From an uncultured Coriobacteriales bacterium (GTDB taxonomy: Bacteria > Actinomycetota > Coriobacteriia > Anaerosomatales > CAVXGS01): a DNA stretch of 64,000 nucleotides. Location: positions 702,413 through 766,412 of the forward strand of contig CAVXGS010000002.1 in the NCBI GenBank assembly GCA_963761535.1, in the 5' to 3' direction. The position numbers and the translations under genes were made by a program. Positions 30,857-42,166 of the stretch are shown one piece after another. Below the pieces are notes generated by a model that was given only the letters and a program-made list of their open reading frames with translations, was not told the origin of the DNA and searched no databases. Position 1 is the first letter of the stretch. Each line of letters opens with the position of its first letter.

Positions 30857-33145
30857 TTACGAGCTCTGGTCGTCGTCCTTGGGGGACGTGCCCGCTCCGC
30901 CGGCGCCACCAGAGGCACCCGGACCCGCGGGCCGCTCCGGCCGGGCGGGACGGTCGCTGCGTGCGGGGCGTGAGGGTAGCGCCGTCGTCGCCGAGGAAGC
31001 AGGCGCCGCAACACCGGGCTTGGGCTCGCCGGTCGCCATCTGGTTCAGGAGCTCCTCGCGGATCGCGTGGACCCGCTTGGCCTCGCCCGCTTCACGCTCG
31101 GGCGCCGACTCGGACACGCGCTGAAGCTCCTCGGTGGCGAGCAGGGTCACGAGGAGGTTGAACGCGTTGGGCGTCTCCCCGCCGCCGTCCCCGGTCTGGA
31201 CGACCGTGCTCGGGACGATCGGCACCTTGGAGGTCTCGATCGCGCTTGCGAGCTTGCCCATGACGTCCTGCACCAGCTGCAGCTGCGGGCCGCCGTAGGC
31301 GCGCACCTGCTCCTCGATCGCCATGGCCTTGCCGATGCCCACCTGGGCCTCGCGCTTGGCGTCGGCCTCGGCCAGCATCTTCACGCGCTGTGCCTCGGCC
31401 TCGCCGAGCATCTTGACCTTCGTGGCGTCGGCGTCGGCAAGGACCTTGACCTTCTCGGCATCGCCGGAGGCGAGGGTCTTGACCTTGTCGGCGTCGGCCT
31501 TGGCCAGCGTGCGGACTCGTTCGGCGTCCTGCACGGCGCGCTGGAGATCGGCACGGGCCTGGTTCTCCTGGACCTGGATGTTGATCTGTGACTGGGTGAG
31601 CTGGGTCTGCTGCTCCGCGACCGCCTGCGCTTCTTTGAGCTCGCGCTCCTTGGAGGCCGCGATGCGCTGCTTCTCGTAGGTCTCGAGCTTCTCGGTCGCG
31701 ACCTGCCGGTCCCGCAGCTGGGTGAGGATCTGCTCGATCTTGTCGTCGCCGGGAGTGCCCTTCGGCGTTCCGATGAGCACTTCCTCGAGCTCGAGGTTGT
31801 AGTGCTGGAACTTCTCTTTCATGTCGATGCCGGAGCGCTGCTGGATGTCGGCGCGCTCCTGGATGAGCTCGATGAGCGTCATGGTCTGCGCGATGTTCTT
31901 GAAGTACGCCGAGACCATCGGATCGAGCGTCTGGTTCACAAGCATCTTGATGTCGCCGAACCGCTGGATCACGAGCGGCGCCTTCATGTAGTCGATGTGG
32001 ATGACCACGGAGAGCGGTAGCGAGGGCTCGAAGGCGTCCTTGGTGATGAGCGAGACCTCGGAGAGGTTCTCGTCGTACTGGTGCGCGCCGGTCTCGCTCG
32101 CGATCCACTTGAGGATGATGTTGGTCGTGGGCACGAGGATGATCTTGCCCGCATAGAGGTTGAACGCGTACTTGCCAGGCATCAGCGGCGTGTTCCAGAC
32201 GCCACGATGCCCCGCCTCGACCAGCTCGCCGTGGCGGTACTCAACACCCGACAGGTCCTCGCCCTTCGCGCCGAAGTACGAGACGACCACGCCGGCGTAG
32301 CCCACCGGGATGACCGACTTGTCGATGAGCTCGACGGTCGCGAACAGACGGTTGATGAAGTACGTGCCCTCGGTCAGGACCTGGTACTGGCGGCCGCGAT
32401 ACCCGCCCGACGCCAGGAACTTCTCGGGGTCCTGGAAGTTGCTGTGGTAGGAGGGGTCGTCGGCCTTGTCCCCCACCGGCGGGGCGATGATGTCGCCGAG
32501 GGGCAACGACGGGCCATCGTGCACGGTGACGATGCCGAGCCTGTCGTCGGCACCCTTGATGACCACCGGGTCGAACCCGCCCACCCCCTGCAGATGAGCG
32601 GCCATGCTCTCGATGGTCGCCTCCTCCTGGGCGTCGCCCATCGGGAGGTAGTACGTCTTTGTCTCGGTGATGATGATGAACTGCGCGAGGTTGAACGCGT
32701 AGGTGCCCTCTCGGATGATCGCCCGCTGAGGACCCCGCTGGCCGCCCTCCTCGATGAACTGCTTCACGTCCTGGAAGTTGCCCGCGACGACCTTGCCGAG
32801 CGTCTGCTCCGGGCGGAGCGGTTCGCCGTCGCGGGAGAACACGTAGCCGATCTTGCCTTGTGGGATGGTGACGAGCGGCATCTTGTGAATGCGGTACATC
32901 AGACCGGTCTTGAAGTGGACGCCGCCTCGCAGGATGTAGGGCTGGTAGCCGGCTTCACCCTGCAGGGCCATGATGCGGTCCTTGACCGACCCTCTGGGTG
33001 ACCACCACTTCTCGACGATACCGACCTGGTCGCTGCGGATGCGCTTGAGGCCCGAGGCCCACAGGAGCACGAGCAGCACCACGAATCCGACGACGACCCA
33101 GATCCCCGTCGCAATCAGACTGGACATGATCGCCTTTCCCTTCAT
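30857..33145 (-). CDS. Flotillin-family SPFH/band-7 protein with extended coiled coil (762 aa)
   Basis: N-terminal TM, SPFH domain, then about 200 aa of hendecad A/E/K-rich coiled coil and a Pro/Gly-rich tail. Intact ORF. Confidence 0.7.
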   Translation of the reverse strand: MKGKAIMSSLIATGIWVVVGFVVLLVLLWASGLKRIRSDQVGIVEKWWSPRGSVKDRIMALQGEAGYQPYILRGGVHFKTGLMYRIHKMPLVTIPQGKIGYVFSRDGEPLRPEQTLGKVVAGNFQDVKQFIEEGGQRGPQRAIIREGTYAFNLAQFIIITETKTYYLPMGDAQEEATIESMAAHLQGVGGFDPVVIKGADDRLGIVTVHDGPSLPLGDIIAPPVGDKADDPSYHSNFQDPEKFLASGGYRGRQYQVLTEGTYFINRLFATVELIDKSVIPVGYAGVVVSYFGAKGEDLSGVEYRHGELVEAGHRGVWNTPLMPGKYAFNLYAGKIILVPTTNIILKWIASETGAHQYDENLSEVSLITKDAFEPSLPLSVVIHIDYMKAPLVIQRFGDIKMLVNQTLDPMVSAYFKNIAQTMTLIELIQERADIQQRSGIDMKEKFQHYNLELEEVLIGTPKGTPGDDKIEQILTQLRDRQVATEKLETYEKQRIAASKERELKEAQAVAEQQTQLTQSQINIQVQENQARADLQRAVQDAERVRTLAKADADKVKTLASGDAEKVKVLADADATKVKMLGEAEAQRVKMLAEADAKREAQVGIGKAMAIEEQVRAYGGPQLQLVQDVMGKLASAIETSKVPIVPSTVVQTGDGGGETPNAFNLLVTLLATEELQRVSESAPEREAGEAKRVHAIREELLNQMATGEPKPGVAAPASSATTALPSRPARSDRPARPERPAGPGASGGAGGAGTSPKDDDQSS
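31376..31508 (-). repeat. Tandem 33-bp in-frame repeat (about 4 units) inside the flotillin gene
   Basis: Plus-strand units catcttgaccttcgtggcgtcggcgtcggcaag / gaccttgaccttctcggcatcgccggaggcgag / ggtcttgaccttgtcggcgtcggccttggccag encode the repeating 11-aa motif DA(E/D)KVK(T/V/M)L(A/G)... Confidence 0.7.
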
Positions 33146-33272
33146 CGACCCGGTGTCCCCACCCGGGCTTCGCGACCCCTTCCCGGGAAGCCGCTACTCT
33201 CTTATTTCGCATCCGGGCGTCGGCACCTACGCCTACGAACCGTAAGGTTGCGTAAAGACCCGCGAGCGGGCG

Positions 33273-33299
33273 TCACGAAGCGCGAAGGCCGCCTCGACG
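33273..33299 (-). terminator. Perfect 12-bp GC-rich hairpin between ald stop and flotillin start (possible terminator or stabiliser)
   Basis: gaaggccgcctc-gac-gaggcggccttc. No U-run follows on either strand, so a rho-independent terminator is unproven. Confidence 0.3.
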
Positions 33300-33338
33300 A
33301 GGCGGCCTTCGACAGAGCGATCCGAAGCGTCCGTGACG

Positions 33339-34454
33339 CTAGGAGAGCAGGCTGTCGAGGGGCGTGTACTCGAGGCCGTGTGCCTCGGCAACCGGCTTGT
33401 AGGTGACCTTCCCATCGAGCACGTTGACGCCCTTGGCGAGCGCCCGATCGTCCAGCACCGCCTGCTTCCATCCCTTGTCGGCGATGGCCAAGCCATAGCG
33501 CAGGGTGGCGTTGTTGAGCGCATGGGTGGACGTGTTGGGCACCGCGCCGGGCATGTTCGCCACACCGTAGTGCAGCACGCGATCGACGAAGTACGTGGGA
33601 TCGGCGTGGGTGGTGGGCTTGGTGGTCTCGATGCAGCCCCCCTGGTCGACCGAGACGTCCACGACCACAGCGCCCGGCTTCATCTTGGGGAGCATCTCCT
33701 TGGTGACGAGCCACGGCGTGCGGGCACCAGGAAGCAGGACCGCGCCGATCACGAGATCGGCGTCGAACACGGCCTGCTCGATGTTGTGACGGTTGCTGTA
33801 CAGGGTGCGCACGCGGTTGCCCCACAGGTCGTCGATGTAGCGGATGCGGTCCATGTTCACGTCCATCACGGTGATGTCCGCGCCCATGCCGACCGCCATG
33901 TAGGTCGCGTTCAGACCGACGACGCCGGCACCCAGGACGACGACGTTCGCCGGCAGTACGCCGGGCACGCCGCCCATGAGCACGCCGCGGCCGCCGAGCG
34001 TCTTCTGGAGGTACTGCGCGCCGACGATGGTGGCCATGCGACCGGCGACCTCGGACATCGGTGCGAGCAGCGGGAGCTGACCGCTAGGCAGCTCGACCGT
34101 CTCGTAGGCGATACACACGGCCTTCGAGCCGACGAGTCCGACCGTCTGCTCGTAGTCGGGGGCAAGGTGCAGGTAGGTGTAGAGGATCTGGCCCGGCTTG
34201 AGCATCTGGATCTCGACCGCCTGCGGCTCCTTGACCTTGACGATCATCTCCGCGCGGTCGAAGACCTCGGCAGCCGTCTCGACGATCTCGGCCCCGACGG
34301 CCTCGTACTCCTCATCGGCGAACGACGAGCCCACGCCGGCCGACCTCTCCACGATCACCGAGTGACCGTGGTGCACGAACTCGCGCACCGAACCGGGGGT
34401 CAGGCCAACACGGAACTCGTTGTTCTTGATCTCCTTGGGGACTCCGACGATCAC
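33339..34454 (-). CDS. ald: Alanine dehydrogenase
   Basis: 371 aa intact with Rossmann GAGVVG motif and typical Ald N-terminus MIVGVPKEIKNNEFRVGLTP. Confidence 0.9.
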   Translation of the reverse strand: MIVGVPKEIKNNEFRVGLTPGSVREFVHHGHSVIVERSAGVGSSFADEEYEAVGAEIVETAAEVFDRAEMIVKVKEPQAVEIQMLKPGQILYTYLHLAPDYEQTVGLVGSKAVCIAYETVELPSGQLPLLAPMSEVAGRMATIVGAQYLQKTLGGRGVLMGGVPGVLPANVVVLGAGVVGLNATYMAVGMGADITVMDVNMDRIRYIDDLWGNRVRTLYSNRHNIEQAVFDADLVIGAVLLPGARTPWLVTKEMLPKMKPGAVVVDVSVDQGGCIETTKPTTHADPTYFVDRVLHYGVANMPGAVPNTSTHALNNATLRYGLAIADKGWKQAVLDDRALAKGVNVLDGKVTYKPVAEAHGLEYTPLDSLLS

Positions 34455-34585
34455 GTGCGTCTCCTCTCGCGTGATACGTGCACCTGTTCGGACGCCAGAA
34501 AGCGGCGGACTCGGGTTGCCGGTCCCCGGTGCCGCGTCAGGAAAACCCGACTAAGCATAGCGTTCGCCGATGATGGCACAAGCAC

Positions 34586-35663
34586 TTACAGCAGCGCGGC
34601 CGCGGCCTCACCGGCAGCGAACGCCGCCGAGAAGAACGCGGGGTCATCATCCAGGCCCCGCCCCATCGAACGGGGCTCGACCCCACGAAGGCTCGATCGA
34701 TCGACTCGACCGCCGCAGTCCGCTCGCGCGTGCCGCTCCCAGATGCCGGAGGAGTCGAGCGCCGCGTCGAGCGCGGCAGCCTGCTCGGCGGGAAGCCCGG
34801 GAACCGCGACCAGCGAGGGTGCGAGCGCGATGCGGGTGAGGGCTACGACAGTGTGGTGGCTCAGGACCCGGTGACGCTCGCGGGGATCGGCGAACGAGAC
34901 GCGGATGACAGCGACGGCCCGACCCTCGAGCGCGGCGACCGCGTTCAGGGCCTCGCCCTGAGCGATCCCGCCATGCCCGAAGGGCGTGGCAGTCCCCACC
35001 ATGCCGGGACCTATCGAGACGACGGCGACGTCGGCGCCGGCGACGTGCCTGGCCGCGAGCAGTCCCGAGTGCAGGTTGACTGCTTCGAGTTCCGCGCCGA
35101 AGGACTGACCGCACGAGATCGAAGCGTCGAGCAGCCCGACCTCCCGGCACTCTCGAGCGACGGCCGAAAGCGCGTAGGGTAGCGAACCGAAGTCGGTATG
35201 GCAGTAGGCGACTCGCGCGTCCGGCCGCACCGCCTTCACGGCCGCGGCGACGAGCGGCATCTGGCTGTGGAGTCCGCAGCACACGACCGGCATCCCGTCG
35301 AGCGAGGTGGCCGCGGCCATGGCCTCGTACGTCTCGCCGCCGGGCTCCTCGACGGCGTCGACGTCGAGCTGCAGCGGCGTGTACCGCAGCTTCATGATGT
35401 GACCGCCCGAGGGTTCGTCGACGACCTCGTCGGCGACATGGTCGCGCGCGGCGGGCCACCACGAAGTGGACTCCGCCGGTTCCGAGTCCCAGGTCCACGG
35501 CGGTCGTGTTCAGCAGTACCGCGTCGCCCGGCGCACAGGAGCCCGACAGTCGCGGGTAGGCGAGCCCCGGGTGAGGCAGGCCGTCGCCCGCGTCGACGAC
35601 GAGCGACTGCGCGCCACCCACGGGCTCCGAGACCTCGAGCACGCGTCCCCACACGAGCCTCAC
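34586..35663 (-). CDS. DUF3866-like protein (frame interrupted near 35440)
   Basis: N-terminus (V)RLVWGRVLEV...VLLNTTAVDLGLGTGGVHFVVA in frame of ORF 34647..35663, continuing as ...DHVADEVVDEPSGGHIMKLRYTPLQLDVD...MPVVCCGLHSQ in ORF 34586..35395. Confidence 0.5.
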
Positions 35664-35672
35664 GTCGATCGC

Positions 35673-36795
35673 CTAGCCTCGGGCCATGCGACGGGCGACG
35701 GCGACCAGCATGCGCGGTGAGGACCTCGAGATCGGCGACCGCCAGCGACTCGTCGGTCGAATGCACGTCGGTCATCCCGCAGCCCAGCGCGAGCGTGGGG
35801 ACCCCCTGCGCGGCGAAGATGTTGGCGTCCGAGCCGCCTCCCGTGGTGTAGGTGTGGGGCTCGAGGCCGACGTCTCGGCAGGAGGCCATCACCAGCTGGA
35901 CCGAGACGTCGTCGTCAACAGCCCGAAAGCCGGTGTACTCGCGGTTCCAGACGATCTCGACACTCCCATCGCCCTGGCGAGCCGCGTCGCGCATCGTCTG
36001 GTCCATCTGCTCCCGGACCTGCTCGACGCGCGCCGGATCGATCGAGCGGCACTCACCCGTCACGATCACGCGGTCGACCACCACGTTGGTGGCGACACCG
36101 CCCTCGATGGTGCCGACGTTCGCGGTAGTCTCGGCGTCGAGCCGCCCGTTGGGCATGTCCACGATCGCTCGCGCGGCGATGCGCAGGGCCGAGACGCCGC
36201 TCTCGGGCTCCACTCCCGCATGTGCTGCCTTGCCGAGGAACTCCGCGCGGAAGGTGTAGTGGGTCGGCGATCCAGTGACGATCCCGCCGGGAGACCCGTG
36301 GGCATCGAGCACGAGGCACAGGTCGGCGCGCGCGGCGGCCGGGTCGAGCGCCTTCGCACCTACGAGACCGATCTCCTCACTCACGGTGAACAGCACGCGT
36401 ACGGTGGGATGGTCGCCACCGTCCTCGGCGAGACGGCGGACGCATTCGATCGCGGCTGCGAGGCCGGCCTTGTCGTCCGCGCCCAGCACCGTGTCCCCCG
36501 CCGAGCGGATCACGCCGTCCTCGACGTACGGCTCGACGCCCCGGCACGGCATCACGCAGTCCATGTGTGCGGAGAGCGCGAGGGTGCCCGAGATCGTCCC
36601 CGGGAAGATGGCGATCAGATTGCCGACGTTGGCTCCGGTGATGAGCGACGTGTCGTCGAGCGACACCTCGCACCCGGCCGCCTCGAGAGCGGCGGTGCAG
36701 TACGCCGCGACAGCGGCCTCCTCGCCGGTGGGGCTATCGATGAGCGCCAGGTCGAGGAAGGTGCGAAGCAGCCTCTCGTCCCTCGCGTCGCCCAC
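35673..36795 (-). CDS. M20/M25/M40 family metallopeptidase (frame interrupted near 35700)
   Basis: M20 signatures (HMDCV, ADDKAG, EEIGLVGA, dimerisation domain). True C-terminus ...RMLVAVARRMARG* lies in a shifted frame ending at TAG 35673-35675. The 467-aa ORF 35392..36795 is a read-through artefact. Confidence 0.7.
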
Positions 36796-36808
36796 GACCG
36801 CTCGCGCC

Positions 36809-38425
36809 CTAGCCCGCGTCGCGAGCGGCGCGATGCTTCGTCGCCGCGCCGATGAAGTCCCGGAACAGCGGAGCGGGCCGGGTCGGACGGCTCTTGAACT
36901 CGGGGTGGCCCTGGTTGCCGAGGAACCACGGGTGGTCCGGCAGCTCGACCATCTCCACGAGCTTGCCGTCGGGCGACAGGCCGCTGATCACCATGCCGGC
37001 GTCCACGAGCTGCTGCCGATAGGCGTTGTTGACCTCGTAGCGATGGCGGTGACGCTCGTAGATGACCTCTTCGCCGTACGCGGCGAAGCCCTTGGTGTCC
37101 TTGACCACCTTGCACGGGTACGCCCCGAGACGCATCGTGCCGCCCATGTCGTCGACGTCGTGCTGCTCGCGCATGAGATCGATGACGGGATGCTCGGTGA
37201 CCGGATCGAACTCGCTCGAGTTCGCTCCCGTGAAGCCGGCCACGTGACGCGCGAACTCGGCAACGGCGACCTGCATGCCCAGGCAGATCCCGAAGTACGG
37301 GACCCGGTTCTCGCGAGCGTAGCGCGCGGCGCGGATCTTGCCCTCGATACCTCGGATGCCGAAACCGCCGGGCACCAGGATGCCGTCCATCTCGGAGAGG
37401 ATCTGGTCGACCTCCTCGGGAGTGAGCGACTCGGCGTCCACCCAGTGCACGCACACCTTGTGGTCGTGGTAGATGCCCGCGTGGTCGAGGGCCTCGTTCA
37501 CCGAGAGGTACGCGTCGGGCAGCTGCACGTACTTGCCCACGAGCGCGATGTCGACTTCCTTCTCGAGCCCCTTGCGGTGGTCGACGAACGAGTCCCACTC
37601 CGCCATATCGCGCTCGCCGCACTCGAGGCCGAGCCGCTCGATGACGAGCTCGTCCAGGCGCTGGTCGGCGACGTGCATCGGAACCTCGTAGATCGAGTCA
37701 GCGTCCTCCATCGAGATGACCGCCTGCGGCTCGACGTCGCAGAACAGGGCGATCTTGCGGCGGATCGACTCGTCGATGGGGCGATCGGACCGGCACACGA
37801 TGAAGTCGGGCGAGATACCGATGCTGCGGAGCTCCTGGACCGAGTGCTGGGTTGGCTTGCTCTTGAGCTCGCCCGACGCCGCGATCCACGGCACGAGCGT
37901 CACGTGGATGTAGCAGACGTTGTCGCGGCCCTTGTCCTTGCGCATCTGGCGGATGGCCTCGAGGAACGGCAGACCCTCGATGTCGCCGACCGTGCCGCCC
38001 ACCTCGGTGATGATCACGTCGGGCTGGGTCTGCTCGGCGAGCCGGTTCATCCGGTCCTTGATCTCGTTGGTCACGTGCGGAATGACCTGCACCGTGCCGC
38101 CGAGGAAGTCGCCGCGCCGCTCCTTGCCGATCAGCGTCTGGTAGACGCGGCCGGCGGTGAGGTTGCAGTCCTGCGTGAGCGACTCGTCGATGAAGCGCTC
38201 GTAGTGGCCGAGGTCGAGGTCGGTCTCGGCGCCGTCGTCGGTGACGAACACCTCGCCGTGCTGGAACGGGCTCATCGTGCCCGGATCGACGTTCAGGTAG
38301 GGGTCGAGCTTCTGGATGGTCACTTTGACGCCGCGGGACTTGAGGAGCCGGCCGAGGGAGGCGGCGGTGATGCCCTTGCCGAGAGACGAGACAACGCCAC
38401 CTGTCACGAAGATGTGCTTGGCCAT
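36809..38425 (-). CDS. pyrG: CTP synthase PyrG
   Basis: Starts [18 protein letters not shown] at 38425 (RBS gagagggg). Synthetase and glutaminase domains intact (GICLGMQ). The 932-aa ORF 36809..39607 is a chimera caused by an indel in the upstream gene. Confidence 0.9.
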   Translation of the reverse strand: MAKHIFVTGGVVSSLGKGITAASLGRLLKSRGVKVTIQKLDPYLNVDPGTMSPFQHGEVFVTDDGAETDLDLGHYERFIDESLTQDCNLTAGRVYQTLIGKERRGDFLGGTVQVIPHVTNEIKDRMNRLAEQTQPDVIITEVGGTVGDIEGLPFLEAIRQMRKDKGRDNVCYIHVTLVPWIAASGELKSKPTQHSVQELRSIGISPDFIVCRSDRPIDESIRRKIALFCDVEPQAVISMEDADSIYEVPMHVADQRLDELVIERLGLECGERDMAEWDSFVDHRKGLEKEVDIALVGKYVQLPDAYLSVNEALDHAGIYHDHKVCVHWVDAESLTPEEVDQILSEMDGILVPGGFGIRGIEGKIRAARYARENRVPYFGICLGMQVAVAEFARHVAGFTGANSSEFDPVTEHPVIDLMREQHDVDDMGGTMRLGAYPCKVVKDTKGFAAYGEEVIYERHRHRYEVNNAYRQQLVDAGMVISGLSPDGKLVEMVELPDHPWFLGNQGHPEFKSRPTRPAPLFRDFIGAATKHRAARDAG

Positions 38426-38559
38426 ATGGATACGATCCGCTCCCCTCTCAAGGTGTCGTCCCCGGTGCGTTCCCGCGCGGGCTCGGTCCTCCGCCATTCT
38501 AGCGGTACCGTCGCCCGTTCGCGCCCCCATCTTGGTCCACTCCGCCGCGTCCCCGACGC

Positions 38560-39607
38560 CTACACGTCGTCGGTCCTCGGCTCGCCGTCCGGCTCGTCGA
38601 GATCCGGCCTGCCGAGCCGGTCGAGCCACCGCAGGAACGCGTGCCGCTCGATCAACTCGCTGTAGGAGTAGCGCTCCGAGATGCCATTGACTAGCAGCAG
38701 CAGGCCCGCCACCACGCCGAGGATCGCCAGCGCGGGTCCCATGCCCGCCGCGGCCGCCGGGGCGAGCCCGACGAAGATGACGTAGCCGAGGAGCGCCCCC
38801 ACCGCATTCGCACCGCCGTCGCCGAGCATGCCTCGCTCGTGGACGTCGTACGGCCACATCGCTGCGAGTCGGGCCGGCGAGCATGATGGCCACGAGCGCG
38901 ACCGCGAGCGCCGTACCGGCGGCCGGGACCCCGGCCCGAACGCACAAGACGAACGTGGAGAGCAGCGCGAACACCAGCAGCACTCCCCCGACCTTCAGCG
39001 CACGCCCGGGCCGAAGGTCGGCGAGGTTCACCGCGTTGGCGGAGAGTGCGATCACGAGCGTCCCAAGGAGCGTGGTCACGGAGATGGCGAAGATCGGGGG
39101 ACCCGACATGCGTGCGGCGGCGAGCCCCTCGGAGAGCGACGCGTACACCGCGGCGAGGAACGCAACGAGTCCGATGCCCAGAACCTTCAGGCCGCCGGTG
39201 GTCATCTGGCCTCTGGCCATCGAGCCCACGTGTCCGCGGAACCCCTTGGCATCCCTGCCGCCCCAGACGTCGTCGATGACGCCGAAGATCATCGCTCCCA
39301 GCGCCACGCTCACCATCGACGAGAGCGGGAGGATCGCCTGGAGTCCCTGAAGGATGCCGAGCGGCCCCAGCGCGCCCTGCACGTCGACCGGGTAGAAGTA
39401 CAGGCTGAGCCGCAGCGCGACCACGCCGATCGCCCACAGCGGGAACGCGATCCACAGCGCGGGCGCAACGAGAACGCCTCGGTAGTTCTGGACGGTGTAG
39501 CGCCCCGCCTCGATCGTGGGCCATAACGCGGCGAGCACCACCGCGGGCAACCCGTACGCGGCGAGGATGGCGGCGGCGATCATGCCGATGGCGGCAACGA
39601 TGCTCAT
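38560..39607 (-). CDS. Polyprenyl-phosphate sugar-1-phosphate transferase, MraY/WecA (glycosyltransferase family 4) family (frame interrupted near 38870)
   Basis: ATG at 39607 overlaps the stop of the upstream gene (ATGA). About 10 TM helices. Motifs IDDVWGG..KG, NAVNLAD and C-terminal [15 protein letters not shown]. The last 99 aa are in ORF 38560..38859. Confidence 0.55.
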
Positions 39608-41943
39608 GCGCGCTCCTCGGCGGTCTCATCGCGCGTCCGCGCGGCGGCGAGGGCCACGTACGCGAAGGAGAGCAGCACCATGTTCGACAGTGCGATGGGC
39701 ATGACGATCCCCGAGTCCTCGCTCACGTAGGCCACCAGTCCCGCGATCACGATCGCCTTCATCGCTCCGAAGTACGACGGGTCGGCATCGGCTACCACGC
39801 GGTGCGGCCCGCTCGGACGAAACGCTCCCCACAGCAGCCACCCGTAGATCACCACGAACAACAGTATCCACGGTGTGGCGCGCAAGTAGGCGAAGCTCGC
39901 CGCGGCCTTGCGCACGACTATCGTTCCCAAGGCGGCGATGCCGCCGCTCTCCGCCGAGGCGATCGCTCGCGCGACATGGGTCTGCGAGGACGCAAGCGAG
40001 TCGACCCACGCCGCACCGAGTGTGACCGCGGCAGCGAGCGCGAACGCCAGGAGCACCACCCGCCACGAGAGTCGCCCGCCGGATGCGAGACGAGTGGCGA
40101 GCACCACCGCGACCGTCCCCCACACCGCGACCCCGATGTTCGCCCCCGCCATCGGGAGCACTGCCGTCAGCACGAGCGCGCCGCCGAAGAGCGGGATGCC
40201 CCAGCTCGCCATGCGCCGGCCGCGATACCCGCCCATCTGATCGGCGACGAGCGCGACGCCGAGCAGGCCGCTGCTCAGCATGATGGCGGCGGGCTCGTTG
40301 CCCAGCCCGTAGAACCGCGCCGCCTCGAGCGGCGAATACCCCAGGGACGTCGAGAACGAAAGCGGGGCACCGAGCCACTGGTCGACGGCGATCACCAGGG
40401 CCGTGCCGATCGAGACGAACCCGAAGGCGATGCGCCGCGGGAGGAACCACCGAACCAGCAGCGCCAAGAGCCAGATCGCGAGTCGTGGTCCATCGCCAGC
40501 GTAGCCAGCAGGTCTAGCCCTCGCTGCGGCTGAGGGTCGAACGCGAACGCGAGCCACGTCGCCGCGGGCACGGACGCGAGCAGGAGCAGGGTGGCGTCGA
40601 AGAACGCCGACACGGCTCGGGGGACGCGCCGCCCGCGGTTTATGAGCGACGCGACCGCGAGGGTCAGGGCTACGACCAGAACGATGGCCAGCGTGTAGTA
40701 GGTGAGGACGAAGTACTTGACGCCAAGGGCGGCCCGCGCGAATCGGTCCGTGCGGCCCAGCACCGCCAGGCGCTCGGCCGGGGTGCCCGTCGCCGCCTCG
40801 CGGCCGACCGGAGAGCCGATGAACGTCGCAGGGCAGCGGCAGGCCCGCAGCCGCGACCGCGGTCGCCGAAAGGTCGGGCATCGTGACGAGTGCGTCTCGG
40901 CGCGTGGAGGAGCTCGACGCGAAGCCGGGCCCCGCCGAGAACTCGCGGCCGTACAGCAGCACGGTGCCGAAGCCCTGCGGCGCGGCCTTCGAGCCGTAGG
41001 TGGGGATCGAGACGACCATGAGCAGGTCGTCCGGGGTCAGCCCGTTCGAGCCGAGCGCGACCGTCTGCTCGAGATCGGCCAGCGCGATCGCGCGCCATTC
41101 GGGATCGGGTTCGGTGGTCGAGCGCTGGGCGCGCACCAGCCGGAAGGTGTCGCCCGCGTCGAGTACGGCAAGCGTCGGACCCGGGCGGCCCGCGGCGTCG
41201 CGAGACGCCTCGTCGTAGGCCTCGGCGAGCCTGTCGGCGTCCGTCCGGATGCCGTATGGCGCAGCGTCATCCGTCGCGAGCAGGCTCGCGCCGACCCGGC
41301 CCCACGGGACCTTCGCCCGCGGATCGGCCGCGGCGACGCCCGCCGGACGGTCGAGACTGCGACGTAAGCGAGGCCCCCAGTCCGAGTTACCGAGGGCGAA
41401 CACGCCACCCCTCGCACGCTGGAAGGCGTCGGCAAGCGCCCCCAGCTCGGCGCCGAGGGACGCGTCGTCCTGTGCGCGCTGCGCGAAGTCGTGGCCGAGG
41501 TACAGCACGTCGGCCCCGCCGGGAGGCGTCCGGTACAGCCGCTCGAACTCGAGCAGGACCGGGCGCCCGTCGATCGTCTCGCTCGCGTCGTAGGCCGGGC
41601 GCGCGCCGAAGGCCGGGGCGGTCCAGGCGCCCGCCGAGAGCGTCATCGCCGCCTGTGACGGGACGGTGATTCGGGCACCCTCCCCCAGCTGGCGTTTGGC
41701 GACGAGATTGGCGAGGGTCGATCGGCGCAGGAGGAAGTCGAGCGTCGGCGTGTCCTGCGCGTTGACGCGGGTCCAGTCGACCTCGGTGGCGAGCACGATC
41801 ACGACGCGACGGGCGGGGCGTTCGGCCGCGACCGCGGACGGGGCAGCCAGCGCGAGTGCGATCGCGAGTACCATCGCGACGACCAGCCCGAGCAGCCCGG
41901 CGCGCAGGAGCGCGCGAGGTGCGTGTGGATGCGGGTGGCTCAC
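39604..41943 (-). CDS. Large envelope protein, about 780 aa: signal/anchor, about 330-aa extracytoplasmic domain, then 10-12 TM domain; function unknown (at least two frame interruptions between 40480 and 40860)
   Basis: Exported N-terminal domain in ORF 39604..41943 up to about residue 370. Membrane domain pieces are in ORF 40392..40763 (...[27 protein letters not shown]...) and the 3' part of the main frame (...[10 protein letters not shown]...). The centre of the main ORF is Arg/Pro-rich wrong-frame sequence. Confidence 0.4.
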   Translation of the reverse strand: MSHPHPHAPRALLRAGLLGLVVAMVLAIALALAAPSAVAAERPARRVVIVLATEVDWTRVNAQDTPTLDFLLRRSTLANLVAKRQLGEGARITVPSQAAMTLSAGAWTAPAFGARPAYDASETIDGRPVLLEFERLYRTPPGGADVLYLGHDFAQRAQDDASLGAELGALADAFQRARGGVFALGNSDWGPRLRRSLDRPAGVAAADPRAKVPWGRVGASLLATDDAAPYGIRTDADRLAEAYDEASRDAAGRPGPTLAVLDAGDTFRLVRAQRSTTEPDPEWRAIALADLEQTVALGSNGLTPDDLLMVVSIPTYGSKAAPQGFGTVLLYGREFSAGPGFASSSSTRRDALVTMPDLSATAVAAAGLPLPCDVHRLSGRPRGGDGHPGRAPGGAGPHGPIRAGRPWRQVLRPHLLHAGHRSGRSPDPRGRVAHKPRAARPPSRVGVLRRHPAPARVRARGDVARVRVRPSAAARARPAGYAGDGPRLAIWLLALLVRWFLPRRIAFGFVSIGTALVIAVDQWLGAPLSFSTSLGYSPLEAARFYGLGNEPAAIMLSSGLLGVALVADQMGGYRGRRMASWGIPLFGGALVLTAVLPMAGANIGVAVWGTVAVVLATRLASGGRLSWRVVLLAFALAAAVTLGAAWVDSLASSQTHVARAIASAESGGIAALGTIVVRKAAASFAYLRATPWILLFVVIYGWLLWGAFRPSGPHRVVADADPSYFGAMKAIVIAGLVAYVSEDSGIVMPIALSNMVLLSFAYVALAAARTRDETAEERA

Positions 41944-42166
41944 GGGCAGCTCCTGTGCCGCCCCTGGTGGGGTCGGCTCGTCCTCGTCATTCTCGGCGGG
42001 GAGCGCCGATGCGCGCGAAGCGTCGGCGGGTGCCCGAGCCGAGTATAGCGAAGGCGAGCGCGCCGGCTGGGTTGGCTACAATGGGTTCGCCGTTCTCGAG
42101 CCCGTCAGGCCCGGCCTTCCGGAGGCAGCCATCTCTCGTCCGTCCATCGCCCGCTCGACCGCCACG

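Noticed and set aside
36809-39607. 932-aa ORF apparently fusing a membrane transferase to CTP synthase
   Set aside because: The middle 150 codons are Arg/Gly-rich nonsense. They arise from a frame error near 38870 plus the absence of a stop in that frame. It is really two genes, the MraY/WecA-family transferase at 38560-39607 and pyrG at 36809-38425.
41666-42166. 167-codon N-terminal extension of the murJ ORF
   Set aside because: Arg/Ser-rich with no membrane character, and it overlaps the divergent gene. The canonical MurJ start MSTATLVSRITGF is at 42167.
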